From assembly GCA_963677595.1 (NCBI GenBank), contig OY782041.1, positions 4,192,001-4,256,000 of the forward strand: 64,000 bases of DNA, given 5' to 3'. This document shows positions 11,025-21,294 of the stretch, piece by piece. Source of the DNA: Spirochaetia bacterium. Lineage in GTDB: Bacteria; Spirochaetota; Spirochaetia; CAKZLE01. The notes under the pieces were generated by a model. It ran no database searches and was not told where the DNA came from. It worked only from the letters and a program-made list of their open reading frames with translations. Numbering within the stretch: position 1 is the first letter of the stretch; each line of letters opens with the position of its first letter. A program made the translations under genes and the position numbers.

Positions 11025-11242
11025 TTAAGGGAATGATAGTTTATCCGTCGGATATGTTCCCCTGAGAGTTGCTATAGTAGACCGTCATCTTGGATGTATG
11101 CCTAAAGAGCTCAGAATGTAAATTTCTACAAATTAATAGGCAATTAAAACTTTTTCTATGTGGAAGTAGTATTGATATTAATATTCTAGTATTATATAGC
11201 ATATGAGTAGTGAGTATTATTCATTTTATTAAGGAATAGTAT

Positions 11243-14203
11243 TTGCAGGTAGGTTTTAAACACATTCTAATTCCCTTTCTCGTTATTCTCTTTATATCAG
11301 CTTGTGAAACTGTTCCAAGTGATCAGTTTAAAATTGAAGAAAGACCTATAAACGAAGCAGCAACCATTGAAACTCCTCTTGAAACTCCTCTTGAATCAAT
11401 CCAGCATTCATCTACCTTGAGGAACCAGATATCCAATAATAGCAGCATAAGCGATTCCTCTAATAAGCATCAAGAAAATACAAAGAGTGAATATCTTAAT
11501 ACGGAAATTGATTATTCCAACTTAGCTAATAATTCATCAAATCCTGAAGATCAGAAGATTGTCAATAATTATGATCTAAAAAGCATACGAGACAAGCAGT
11601 TTGAGCCGATACAAGACGAGCAACATAAAACCATTATAAGTTTTGTCACAGAAAGCAATAATGTACTATCCGCAATTGAATCGGATAAGAATGATGTAAA
11701 ACTTCAACCGGCAGTCCTAACAACTACAAATAATAATCCTGGTTCGGAAAAAAGGGAATCAATAGTTTCAGAAATAAAAGAAGTAATTGCTGAACCAGTA
11801 AAAACAAATATACAGTCCCCTGTAAGTATTGTTGCATCTGATACAAGCAAATCAGATACAATCCCTAGAGATGATGGTCGTAGTTATGCTGGTATTTTCT
11901 TCTGGGGATTGGTAATTGGATTTTCTATACTTATTATTCTCCTGAATAAACGAGATAAGAAAACACACGATCAAGCCGTAATGGATACATCTGTGAGTTT
12001 TCAATCAAGCTATACTTATGATGATTCTAACGATGATCTTCCAATGCTAGATTTAAAGACAAGTAAAAACACCGAGAAACAAGCAAGAACTTCCTTGAAG
12101 TCTTCAGATGATGTTCTTGTGTCTTTTAATATTTATAGTGGATTCGCAGAGCAACAGGAAAGCAAGAATAAAACGCCTGGAAGGTGGATGTCAAAGAATA
12201 AAACATTAAGAATACATGGAAGAGAAGTTTCTGGCGGATATTTTTATTATGGTGGTATTCTACGTTCAATTGATGGTTATCGTATTGAATCATCATTAGT
12301 GGATGATTCATATCCAATTAAAACTGCGGCTATTGACCATACAGACAGTAGTTTAAAATACTATCCTTCATATTCCCAACTTTCCTCTTTATGTCGTGAT
12401 ACCTACCTAAATTGGTTGGCAGGAGATAGGTCGAATCGATCTACACCAATTGGATATGTATTCATATATTTCTATGGCATCGAGAGACGAATACTATTAG
12501 ATCACCTTATCGAAAATAAGGGAAATAATGAGGAGTTCAAAGCACTATTTGATGAGATTAAAAGACTGAGAAGTGTCTTTAATGATAATAAATCATTCTT
12601 TTGGTATTGCACGAAATTACTTGAGATTATGTGTATCTATAAACCTAGCTTAGTATCAATTGATGATCAGGAGATGAGTTATGGTTATGATTCTCTTTTA
12701 TTAAAATATCAAATATCACAAGCTGCTATAAATAATAAGCAAATCAGCTCTCATATTGCATTACATTGGCTGAAAAGCCTTTCTGAGTATAATCTTAAAA
12801 CACCAGCGCGTAGATGTTCTGAAGAATTTGATGAGCTGTTTAGACTAGTATATACACAAAAGCATGGAGATGGGATTTTAATTAAGCCTAATAAATCCAG
12901 ATTAAATATTCATTACTTCCCTGCTAGTGCCTCACTAAGTGGCATTAGATTTAAACCCTTAGATATTCCTGATCCAAGTATATTGAGAGGCCCTTCAAAT
13001 AAATTAATTTCCATTGCTGAAGAGTGTACCCAGCAATTAGATTCTTATAGTCGGTATCTTGGTAGAAAAGACACCTCAAAGAATGATCTCAATGCGAAAA
13101 TCCTATTACCAGAAATTTTATTAAAATCACATACCACAGAATTTATTGAAAACTTCAAAACTCAAGCTAATGATGTTTTAGTAAAACACAACGGAGTTAT
13201 GTCAGTTAAGAATTTTTGGGAAATCATTGATGAACCCTTACCTGAAAAGATAAATAAGAAAGAGTTTCTCTTTATGCATAGTATTGTTGATAAAGCTGGA
13301 TATGATATGGTCCCAAAGCCACACCTGAATCATGGAAAACCACTTAAGGATGGATCAATTGTTCTATTCAATGAGAAGTTAGACAGTTCCTATGTTCCTA
13401 CATTTGCTTATATTGAGATCCTAATTCATTTATGGCTAGGATCCATTATTGCAAAACAGGATGAGAGTATTCACGATAATGAACTTGAAGTTTTAAAATC
13501 GAGGATCGACTCTGAGAATCAATTATCTCCTGCAGAGAAACAATCTCTTCATGCATATTTAATGTGGCGTTTACATAATACGGTAAGCTTCACTGGATTG
13601 AAGAAGCATCTTTCTTTACTAGATCCTCAGACCAAAGAAACAATAAGTCAGAATCTCATTGAAATTTCTTTAGCTGATGGTAAAGTCACTAAACAGGAGA
13701 TTACTCATTTAGAAAAAATATTCCAAATGTTGGGTATTGATAAATCACTTATTTCTACAAAACTCCATAATCAATCTACGGGAAATGGCCAAGAATCCTC
13801 AGTTAAAGCTTCTATAGTGACAACTGACCATGTTGATGGTGAGTTCAAGCTAGATAATCGTCGATTAGAATTCCATGAGACACAGACAAAAGAGATTCAA
13901 TCACTTTTAAAAACGATATTCACAGAGTCAGAAGAAGAGACTAAGGAAATCATTCCTGATATAAACCAAGATGAAGGCATTCTGGATGAATCCCATCACA
14001 AACTCTATAAACAACTTATTACACAAGAAAAATGGTCTCGGGAAGAAGTTAATAATATTTGTGAAGAATTGAATTTGATGATCGATGGGGCAATTGAAAT
14101 CATTAATGATTGGGCCTTTGATACCGTAGATTCTGCTGTTATCGATGATGATGAAGATATATATATTGATTTTGAAATAGTACAAGAATTGGAAGGTGAA
14201 TGA
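11243..14203 (+). CDS. TerB-N/TerB/TerB-C domain protein, Shango SngA-like
   Basis: YYPSYSQLS..CR..YLNWLA, IGYVFIYFYGIERR (TerB-N); ADGKV (TerB); MIDGAIEIINDWAFD (TerB-C); N-terminal lipobox ISAC and a TM helix. Confidence 0.85.
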   Translation: MQVGFKHILIPFLVILFISACETVPSDQFKIEERPINEAATIETPLETPLESIQHSSTLRNQISNNSSISDSSNKHQENTKSEYLNTEIDYSNLANNSSNPEDQKIVNNYDLKSIRDKQFEPIQDEQHKTIISFVTESNNVLSAIESDKNDVKLQPAVLTTTNNNPGSEKRESIVSEIKEVIAEPVKTNIQSPVSIVASDTSKSDTIPRDDGRSYAGIFFWGLVIGFSILIILLNKRDKKTHDQAVMDTSVSFQSSYTYDDSNDDLPMLDLKTSKNTEKQARTSLKSSDDVLVSFNIYSGFAEQQESKNKTPGRWMSKNKTLRIHGREVSGGYFYYGGILRSIDGYRIESSLVDDSYPIKTAAIDHTDSSLKYYPSYSQLSSLCRDTYLNWLAGDRSNRSTPIGYVFIYFYGIERRILLDHLIENKGNNEEFKALFDEIKRLRSVFNDNKSFFWYCTKLLEIMCIYKPSLVSIDDQEMSYGYDSLLLKYQISQAAINNKQISSHIALHWLKSLSEYNLKTPARRCSEEFDELFRLVYTQKHGDGILIKPNKSRLNIHYFPASASLSGIRFKPLDIPDPSILRGPSNKLISIAEECTQQLDSYSRYLGRKDTSKNDLNAKILLPEILLKSHTTEFIENFKTQANDVLVKHNGVMSVKNFWEIIDEPLPEKINKKEFLFMHSIVDKAGYDMVPKPHLNHGKPLKDGSIVLFNEKLDSSYVPTFAYIEILIHLWLGSIIAKQDESIHDNELEVLKSRIDSENQLSPAEKQSLHAYLMWRLHNTVSFTGLKKHLSLLDPQTKETISQNLIEISLADGKVTKQEITHLEKIFQMLGIDKSLISTKLHNQSTGNGQESSVKASIVTTDHVDGEFKLDNRRLEFHETQTKEIQSLLKTIFTESEEETKEIIPDINQDEGILDESHHKLYKQLITQEKWSREEVNNICEELNLMIDGAIEIINDWAFDTVDSAVIDDDEDIYIDFEIVQELEGE

Positions 14204-15516
14204 TGGCAAAGATAAGATTAAAAGAGAGAGATGCGATTCTTCAATCCCTAAAAGCAGGAGTTACGCCTAAGATCGGGATTCAACATATTCAAGTTGGTCG
14301 TGCTAATGAGATTAAAGCTCTCTATGGAGATATCGAAAGAATCTCAGATGGTGGCGCTGCATTCAGACTGATCATTGGAGAGTATGGTTCAGGTAAAACC
14401 TTTTTTCTTAGTGTGATCCGCTCAATAGCATTAGAAAAAAAGTTTGTTGTAGTACAAGCTGATTTGTCTCCTAACAGACGTTTACAAGGATCTGCTGGGC
14501 AAGCAAGAAATTTATACTCTGAGTTGATGCATAATCTTTCTACACGGAATAAACCAGATGGGAATGCTTTGACCAGTGTTATCGAGAAATTTATCAGTAA
14601 ATCCAGATCTGATGCTGATAGTTTGAACTGTGAAGTTACACATATTCTCAGAAGAAAGCTTTCTGAGATTTCAGAATTGGTTGGTGGTTATGATTTTGCT
14701 AAAGTGATAGAGGCTTATTGGCAAGGTTATGAAGAAGATAATGATAATTTAAAGAATAGTGCTATACGGTGGTTACGTGCTGAATATACCACAAAAACAG
14801 AAGCTCGTATGGAGCTTGGTGTACGTAATATCATAACAGATAGCGCTTTCTATGATATGTTGAAGATTATGAGCCTCTTTGTTCGACAAGCTGGATATAG
14901 TGGGCTTATCGTTAATCTTGATGAGATGGTAAACCTCTATAAACTAAGCAATACTCAATCTCGTACTTCCAACTATGAACAGATACTACGAATGCTAAAT
15001 GACTGTCTCCAAGGTAGTGCAGAATATATAGGGTTCCTGTTAGGTGGAACGCCGGAGTTTTTATTTGATTCAAGAAAAGGTTTATTCAGTTATGAAGCTC
15101 TACAATCTCGATTAGCTGAGAATAGCTTTGCAAAAAAAGCAGGTGTTATCGATTTCTCATCTCCAACGCTGCATCTGGCCAATTTAACGCCTGAAGAGAT
15201 GTATATCCTTTTGAAGAACCTCAGACATGTGTATGCAAGCGGAGATTCAGAGAAGTATTTAGTACCAGATATAGCATTAGAGAATTTTCTCAATCATTGT
15301 AATAATACGATTGGTGATGCATACTTCAGAACTCCACGGAATACCATAAAGGCTTTCTTAGATATGCTTGCTGTGATTGATCAGAATAGTGATATAAATT
15401 GGGATAATCTGATTTCCAGCACAACAATCGAAGAAGAACTACCTAGTGGGATGGCTTCAGATAGCATGGATATTGATGAAGAAACTTCAAATGAGATGGC
15501 TAGTTTCAGATTATGA
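14200..15516 (+). CDS. DUF2791/BrxD-like P-loop ATPase, Shango SngB-like
   Basis: LKAGVTPKIG, Walker A GEYGSGKT, LDEMVNL, SYEALQSRL; overlaps upstream stop. Confidence 0.87.
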   Translation: MMAKIRLKERDAILQSLKAGVTPKIGIQHIQVGRANEIKALYGDIERISDGGAAFRLIIGEYGSGKTFFLSVIRSIALEKKFVVVQADLSPNRRLQGSAGQARNLYSELMHNLSTRNKPDGNALTSVIEKFISKSRSDADSLNCEVTHILRRKLSEISELVGGYDFAKVIEAYWQGYEEDNDNLKNSAIRWLRAEYTTKTEARMELGVRNIITDSAFYDMLKIMSLFVRQAGYSGLIVNLDEMVNLYKLSNTQSRTSNYEQILRMLNDCLQGSAEYIGFLLGGTPEFLFDSRKGLFSYEALQSRLAENSFAKKAGVIDFSSPTLHLANLTPEEMYILLKNLRHVYASGDSEKYLVPDIALENFLNHCNNTIGDAYFRTPRNTIKAFLDMLAVIDQNSDINWDNLISSTTIEEELPSGMASDSMDIDEETSNEMASFRL

Positions 15517-17714
15517 TCAATCCTTATGAGAAACTCGATAAGAATGTCCAGAAATGGATATATTCTCAAGGTTGGGCTGAATTACGTGATATACAAAAGC
15601 AAGCAATCATACCCATTTTAGATGGAGACTGTGATGTCCTCATAAGTGCTTCAACTGCAGCTGGAAAAACAGAAGCCTTCTTCTTACCTGCTTGTACAGT
15701 AATAAAGGACGTTAAAGAAGGATTTGGTATCTTATGTATTAGTCCATTAAAGGCTCTCATTAATGACCAATATCGCCGGTTATTAAGCCTTTGTGAAGAA
15801 ACACAGATTGAACTAACTCCATGGCATGGTGATGTATCTCAATCAAAGAAGAAACAGGCTAGGAAGCATCCTTCTGGCATATTGTTGATTACCCCGGAAT
15901 CGCTCGAATCTCTATTAATAAATAATCCAGAATGGGTTCATAGGGCATTTATGAATCTGAGATATATCCTAGTTGATGAGTTTCACGCTTTTATTGGTAG
16001 GGAAAGAGGACATCAACTTCTATCTCAAATGAATAGGATCGAACATCTTCTTGGTAGGTATGATTCTCCCATACCTAGAATAGCTTTAAGTGCTACGTTA
16101 GGAGATCTGGAAGAAGTCCCGAATTCATTACGTCCTAATAAGAGTCTTCCTTGTGTAATCATTACAAGCAATAAGAGTGTAACCACTATAAATCTCCAAG
16201 TAAAAGGATATGCAGATAAAATTGATCATGATAATAAAGACCCATCTGAGGGAAAAACTGTTTGCTTAGATATCTATAGGTTTTGTAGAGGCCGATCCAA
16301 TCTTGTTTTTGCGAATAGTCGAAAAAGAACAGAGTATCTTGCAGCTTCTTTAAAAGATCTATGTGAGGAGAATGTAGTACCTAATGAATTCTTTCCTCAT
16401 CATGGTTCTTTGGCTAAATCTATACGTGAAGATCTCGAATCTAGACTGCAAGAAAGTAGGCTTCCTACAACTGCTGTATGTACTATGACTCTTGAACTGG
16501 GAATTGATATAGGGAAAGTAGAATCTGTGATTCAAGTAACAGCCCCACATGCTGTTTCAAGTTTACGGCAAAGAGTAGGAAGGTCAGGACGAAGGGATCA
16601 ACCTGCAATCTTACGAATGCTGATTTCTGAGAATGAACTAACAAATAAATCTTCCCTTAATGATTGTCTTCGGATTGAGTTATTACAGTCACTAGCTATG
16701 ATCCGTTTGTTAATTTCCAATAAATGGTTTGAACCAGCTGATACCGAACAACTACACCTCTCAACACTTTTTCATCAAATTCTTTCAGTTATAGCCCAAT
16801 GGGGAGGTGTAAGAGCTGATCAATTATTAACGTTATTATGTAAAGAAGGTCCTTTCCACAAAATTTCAATTAGCCAATTTAAAGCATTACTTCAGCATAT
16901 GGGGATGACAAATTTTATAACACAGTTACCCTCTGGTGAACTAATAATCGATATTGAAGGAGAGAAGCTTGTTAACCATTACTCCTTTTATTCTGTGTTC
17001 CTTACTCCTGAAGAATACAGAATAGTTACGCAGACAAAGACTCTTGGGACAATACCAGTAGATTCACTTCTATTACCTGGACAGCATATTATCTTTGGTG
17101 GCTGTCGATGGAGGGTTCAGGAAATTGATATTGAGAAAAAAGTGATCCGAGTTGAATCTACAAAGGGTGGATTACCTCCAAAATTTGGTGGTGCTGGTAT
17201 ATCTATTCATGATGTTGTTCGACAAGAGATGTATCAAATTTATGCTCAAGGTGATTATCGAATACAAGTGGGTACTAATCATATTGATTTTATTGATGAT
17301 ACTGCAAAGCAGTTATTCTATGAGGGATTGGAAATATTTAATCAACATAATCTCAAGGAAAAACCTATTATCCACTTCAATGATAAAACATATGTTATTC
17401 CTTGGCTGGGGGATAAAGTAGTTAATACCATCTTTTCAATTCTCATTGAAAATGAATTTCAAGCTGACTTTTTTGCTGGAATTATTGAAATTTCAAACGC
17501 GACCGTCTCTGAAGTAGAGAAGTTTTTTGGGAACCTATTAAAAATGGGAATACCTAGTGGGGTGAGTTTGGCAGAAAAGGTTCCTGAAAAAGTTTTAGAG
17601 AAGTTTGATAAGTTTTTACCTGATGCTTTATTGAATGAAGGATATGCTCAACATTGTTTTGATATAGAAGGGACAACAATGTTCATAAAAAAAATTGTTA
17701 CCAACAACATGTAA
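15513..17714 (+). CDS. Lhr-like DEAD/DEAH helicase, Shango SngC-like
   Basis: TAAGKTEA, PLKALIND, TPESLE, DEFH, SAT, HHGS, LELGIDIG, QRVGRSGRR. Confidence 0.9.
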   Translation: MINPYEKLDKNVQKWIYSQGWAELRDIQKQAIIPILDGDCDVLISASTAAGKTEAFFLPACTVIKDVKEGFGILCISPLKALINDQYRRLLSLCEETQIELTPWHGDVSQSKKKQARKHPSGILLITPESLESLLINNPEWVHRAFMNLRYILVDEFHAFIGRERGHQLLSQMNRIEHLLGRYDSPIPRIALSATLGDLEEVPNSLRPNKSLPCVIITSNKSVTTINLQVKGYADKIDHDNKDPSEGKTVCLDIYRFCRGRSNLVFANSRKRTEYLAASLKDLCEENVVPNEFFPHHGSLAKSIREDLESRLQESRLPTTAVCTMTLELGIDIGKVESVIQVTAPHAVSSLRQRVGRSGRRDQPAILRMLISENELTNKSSLNDCLRIELLQSLAMIRLLISNKWFEPADTEQLHLSTLFHQILSVIAQWGGVRADQLLTLLCKEGPFHKISISQFKALLQHMGMTNFITQLPSGELIIDIEGEKLVNHYSFYSVFLTPEEYRIVTQTKTLGTIPVDSLLLPGQHIIFGGCRWRVQEIDIEKKVIRVESTKGGLPPKFGGAGISIHDVVRQEMYQIYAQGDYRIQVGTNHIDFIDDTAKQLFYEGLEIFNQHNLKEKPIIHFNDKTYVIPWLGDKVVNTIFSILIENEFQADFFAGIIEISNATVSEVEKFFGNLLKMGIPSGVSLAEKVPEKVLEKFDKFLPDALLNEGYAQHCFDIEGTTMFIKKIVTNNM

Positions 17715-17784
17715 TACAAATACTTGCTACAATACGATCATGGGATTTAGAATAATTATCTTGGAGACAACTAATGGAACAAAT

Positions 17785-17972
17785 CTACCGGCACCAGTGA
17801 CCCTACAACAGACAGGATCACCAGGTGCCGATAGTATACAGGGACGACTACAGGCCTTTCGTGAACGCCTTCATCGTGTAGTAGAGTTCGTTCCATTTGA
17901 CCGTCTGCTCGAACTGGCTGATCACGGTAGCCTCATCGATGGTGAGCATCTCCATACCGCAGATCCTCGCAT
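17785..17972. repeat. right copy of 188-bp direct repeat (within and just downstream of intact araA)
   Basis: Matches 10837..11024. Confidence 0.95.
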
Positions 17973-19365
17973 AGTCCTCGAGCATCTCGACCGTCACGTC
18001 CTGGCTGAATGAGGTATGGTGGGCTCCCCCGCCGAGGATCCACGCGCCTGCCGCAGTCTCGAGGTCCGGCATCGGTTTCCAGAGCACCTGGGCAACGGGG
18101 AGCAATGGTGTCTCTGCGGGAGCATCCACAGCCTTCACTGTATTGACCAGCAGCCTGAACCGGTTCCCCATGTCGATCACGGATGCGTTCAGGGCATCTC
18201 CTGCAGGGGTGGAGAAGACCATGCGGACCGGGTCATCCTTTCCGCCGATCTCCAGCGGGTGGATCTCGATGCGGACCTCGTTCTCACAGGCGATCGAGGG
18301 ACATACCTCGAGCATATGGGCTCCCATGACAATGGATTCCTCTCCCTGGAAATGGTAGGTGTAGTCCTCCATGAAAGAGGTCCCGTGACCGAGGCCCTTC
18401 CCCATGACCTTCATGGCACGTACGAGGGCAGCAGTCTTCCAGTCCCCTTCCCCGCCGAAGCCGTAGCCCTTCTCCATCAACCGCTGGCAGGCAAGGCCGG
18501 GAAGCTGGCAGAGACCATAGAGGTTCTCGAAGTTGGAGGTGAAGGCAGTGAAGCCGCCGTCGACGAGGAATGCCTCAATCGCAGCCTCGAGCCGTGCAGC
18601 CTCGATAAGGGCCGGGTAGTCCTCACCCTCTGGCTTCAAGCTGTCAGCAAGGGTATACCGCTCCTGGTACTCTGCTACCAGGGTTTCGATCTGCTCCACG
18701 GAGACCTTGTCAACATAGGCCTTGAGGTCAGCAAGCCCGTAGGCGGAGACACTGTAACCGAACTGCATCTGGGCAGAAACTTTGTCACCCTCGGTGACAG
18801 CGACCTCTCGCATATTGTCGCCGAACCGGCAGACCTTCATCTTCTGCATCTCCAGGTGTGTAGCCGCAGCCCTGATCCAAGCGTCAACCTTCCGGATGAC
18901 CTTCTCATCCTTCCAGTACCCGACGACGATCTTGCGGTCGATCTTCATGCGGCTGTTGATATAGCCGTGCTCACGTCCGCCGTGGGCTGACTGGTGCAGG
19001 TTCATGTAGTCCATGTCGATGGAATCCCAGGGGATCTCCCGGTTGAACTGCGTGTGGAGGTGGAGAATCGGCTTGGTCAGGAGCTTCAGCCCATTGATCC
19101 ACATCTTGGACGGGGAGAAGGTGTGCATCCAGAGGACCACCCCCGCACAAGCTGCATCGGCACTCGCCTTGATGCAGAATTCGGTGATCTCATCCGGGGT
19201 CGTCAGCACGCCCTTGAACACGATCTTCGCACTGATCCCTTCCTGTCCGTCCAGGTAGGATGCGATCTCCCCGGTGTCCACTGCGACCTGTCGAAGGGCT
19301 TCTTCCCCATAGAGATGCTGCGAACCTGCAGCCATCCAGATTTCCATCGTCTCATATACTTTCAT
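17848..19365 (-). CDS. araA: L-arabinose isomerase
   Basis: GSQHLYG, WMHTFSP, MNLHQSAHG, GEGDWK, AHMLEVCP, GGAHH. Confidence 0.97.
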   Translation of the reverse strand: MKVYETMEIWMAAGSQHLYGEEALRQVAVDTGEIASYLDGQEGISAKIVFKGVLTTPDEITEFCIKASADAACAGVVLWMHTFSPSKMWINGLKLLTKPILHLHTQFNREIPWDSIDMDYMNLHQSAHGGREHGYINSRMKIDRKIVVGYWKDEKVIRKVDAWIRAAATHLEMQKMKVCRFGDNMREVAVTEGDKVSAQMQFGYSVSAYGLADLKAYVDKVSVEQIETLVAEYQERYTLADSLKPEGEDYPALIEAARLEAAIEAFLVDGGFTAFTSNFENLYGLCQLPGLACQRLMEKGYGFGGEGDWKTAALVRAMKVMGKGLGHGTSFMEDYTYHFQGEESIVMGAHMLEVCPSIACENEVRIEIHPLEIGGKDDPVRMVFSTPAGDALNASVIDMGNRFRLLVNTVKAVDAPAETPLLPVAQVLWKPMPDLETAAGAWILGGGAHHTSFSQDVTVEMLEDYARICGMEMLTIDEATVISQFEQTVKWNELYYTMKAFTKGL

Positions 19366-19392
19366 GATCGTTCTCCTTGTTCCTTTTTATTC

Positions 19393-20088
19393 TTATGCCT
19401 GGCCGTAGTAGGCGTTCTTCCCATGCTTTCGCTGGTAATGCTTGTCCCGCAGGGTCTGTTTCAGTTCCGGGGTATCTCTTCTGATCTCACGGGTCAGGTA
19501 GGCCATCTTCGCCAGTTCCTCGAGCACCTTGCTGTTGTATACACTCTTCGCGGCATCCTTACCCCAGGTGAAGGGTCCGTGACAGGCAACGAGCACCATC
19601 TCGACCTCTTTGGGGTCAAGCCCCTTGAACGCCTCAAGGATCTGATAGCCGGTCTCGGTCTCGTAGTTGCCCTCGATCGCCTCATCGGTCATGACTGCCG
19701 TACAGGGTACCGGCACGGTCAGGTGGTCGGCGTGGGTCGTCCCGAAGATCGGGATCGGCAGCTGTGCCTGGGCCCATGCGACCCCGTAGGGGCTGTGGGT
19801 ATGGGTGATCCCGCCGATACTCTCGAACGCGTTGTAGAGGACGACATGCGTCGGCGTGTCCGAGGAGGGCCTCATCGTCCCTTCTACGACATTGCCCTCG
19901 AGATCCACGATCACCATCATCTCCGGCGTGAGCTTATCATAGTCGACACCGGAGGGCTTGATCGCGAAGACCCCCTTCGCCCTGTCGATCGCACTGACGT
20001 TCCCGAAGGTATAGATCGCAAGCTGCTGCCTGGGGATCTCCATATTGGCCTCGAACGCCTCTCGTCTCAATTCTGTATACTGTTCCAA
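19393..20088 (-). CDS. araD: L-ribulose-5-phosphate 4-epimerase
   Basis: TFGNVS, IKPSGV, PSSDTPTH, HTHS, GTTHAD, HGKNAYYGQ. Confidence 0.96.
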   Translation of the reverse strand: MEQYTELRREAFEANMEIPRQQLAIYTFGNVSAIDRAKGVFAIKPSGVDYDKLTPEMMVIVDLEGNVVEGTMRPSSDTPTHVVLYNAFESIGGITHTHSPYGVAWAQAQLPIPIFGTTHADHLTVPVPCTAVMTDEAIEGNYETETGYQILEAFKGLDPKEVEMVLVACHGPFTWGKDAAKSVYNSKVLEELAKMAYLTREIRRDTPELKQTLRDKHYQRKHGKNAYYGQA

Positions 20089-20101
20089 TTCTTTCTCCTT
20101 C

Positions 20102-21121
20102 TCAGAAATCCTGGTAATAGGTCATATTCTCCGCTATGAGGATGTCTATGGGCATGATCTCCCTGATAGGGTCATGCTCCTGCCCGTGTATGTACCGGAA
20201 GAGCCTCTGTAGCCCCCGGGAGCCCTGCAGCCTCGGTCTCTGGCTCAGCAGCACATCTATAGCTCCCGCTTCGAGGAGCTTCCGATTCTCCTCGATGACG
20301 TCATAGCCGATCAGTGGGACATCTTCCCTGCCCAGAGCCTGAAGGATCGCAGCGGTCTCATGGACCGATGCATTGGTCACGAAGATCCCAGCTGCTCCCT
20401 GCAGCAGGATCTCCTCGATCTTCTGCCGCAGTTCGTATGCGTCAAGGTCATACGTCTTCACAAGCAGCGACCCGGGCAGAACGGAAAGGAACCCCCTGAT
20501 GCGCTCCGTTATATGATAGTCATCCCGTACGCTCTGCAGGAGAGCGGCCCTGCCGTCTTTCGGTATGCGTACGTTCATCAGCTTCCCGGCCACCACCCCG
20601 CTTGCATAGGAGTCCTGCCCAATGTAGCCGATGGTATTCCCCCCGGGAAGTTCGGTATCGAAGCAGCAGACAGGGAACCCTGTCTTCAGTGTGCTGCAGA
20701 ACTCCTCCGCAGCTTCTGTGAGCACCGGGGCTAAGAGGATACCGTCCGGCGCCTCAGCCAGGAGCTCCTGGGCAGCCTGGAAGAAGGATGCGGTATCAGT
20801 CCTGTCGAATTCATGGATGAGCAGGCGTATCCTGAATGGGGCAAGGTCCCCTGCCGCCTCCCGTATGCCTGAGACCGGCAGTCTCCAGAACCCTGAGTCC
20901 TGCTGTTCGAGGGGGGCTAGGACCCCGATCCGGTATTCACGGGCCTGGGCAAGGTTGCTGGCATGGAGATTCAGGGTGAACCCCGTCTCCTCCACAGCCT
21001 TGCGGACCCGGTCCGCGGTGGCTTCCGCCACCCGTCCCCGATCGTGGAGGACACGGTCCACCGTCCCGATGGAGACTCCCGCGATCCGTGCTATGTCTTT
21101 TACTGTAACATTCCCAGCCAT
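20102..21121 (-). CDS. LacI family transcriptional regulator
   Basis: TVKDIARIAGVSIGTVDRVLH HTH plus sugar-binding domain. Confidence 0.93.
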   Translation of the reverse strand: MAGNVTVKDIARIAGVSIGTVDRVLHDRGRVAEATADRVRKAVEETGFTLNLHASNLAQAREYRIGVLAPLEQQDSGFWRLPVSGIREAAGDLAPFRIRLLIHEFDRTDTASFFQAAQELLAEAPDGILLAPVLTEAAEEFCSTLKTGFPVCCFDTELPGGNTIGYIGQDSYASGVVAGKLMNVRIPKDGRAALLQSVRDDYHITERIRGFLSVLPGSLLVKTYDLDAYELRQKIEEILLQGAAGIFVTNASVHETAAILQALGREDVPLIGYDVIEENRKLLEAGAIDVLLSQRPRLQGSRGLQRLFRYIHGQEHDPIREIMPIDILIAENMTYYQDF

Positions 21122-21294
21122 GCCGCTTCCTTGTACTATGTGTACGTTAACGCACCTGTATTGTACCAACAGAAACCTTAGCCGTCAAGAAAAAACATTC
21201 TTGTACCCAAACCTGTGAAACACGCACATACATCTTCCATGGAAGGGCTGTAGATGATACTATGAATGAAAACACAGAATCAGGAGAAGAAGTC

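Larger units (their letters stand above)
11025..17784. mobile_element. AT-rich horizontally acquired defence island, no integrase
   Basis: Sharp GC drop relative to flanks; bounded by direct repeats. Confidence 0.8.

Noticed and set aside
14200-17714. BREX system (BrxD ATPase + helicase)
   Set aside because: No pglZ, pglX or brxC; the TerB-domain partner indicates Shango.
17695-18012. 105-aa ORF spanning the island junction
   Set aside because: Chimeric frame running antisense into araA.
18016-20139. Long plus-strand ORFs (324 and 381 aa)
   Set aside because: Antisense shadows of araA and araD.
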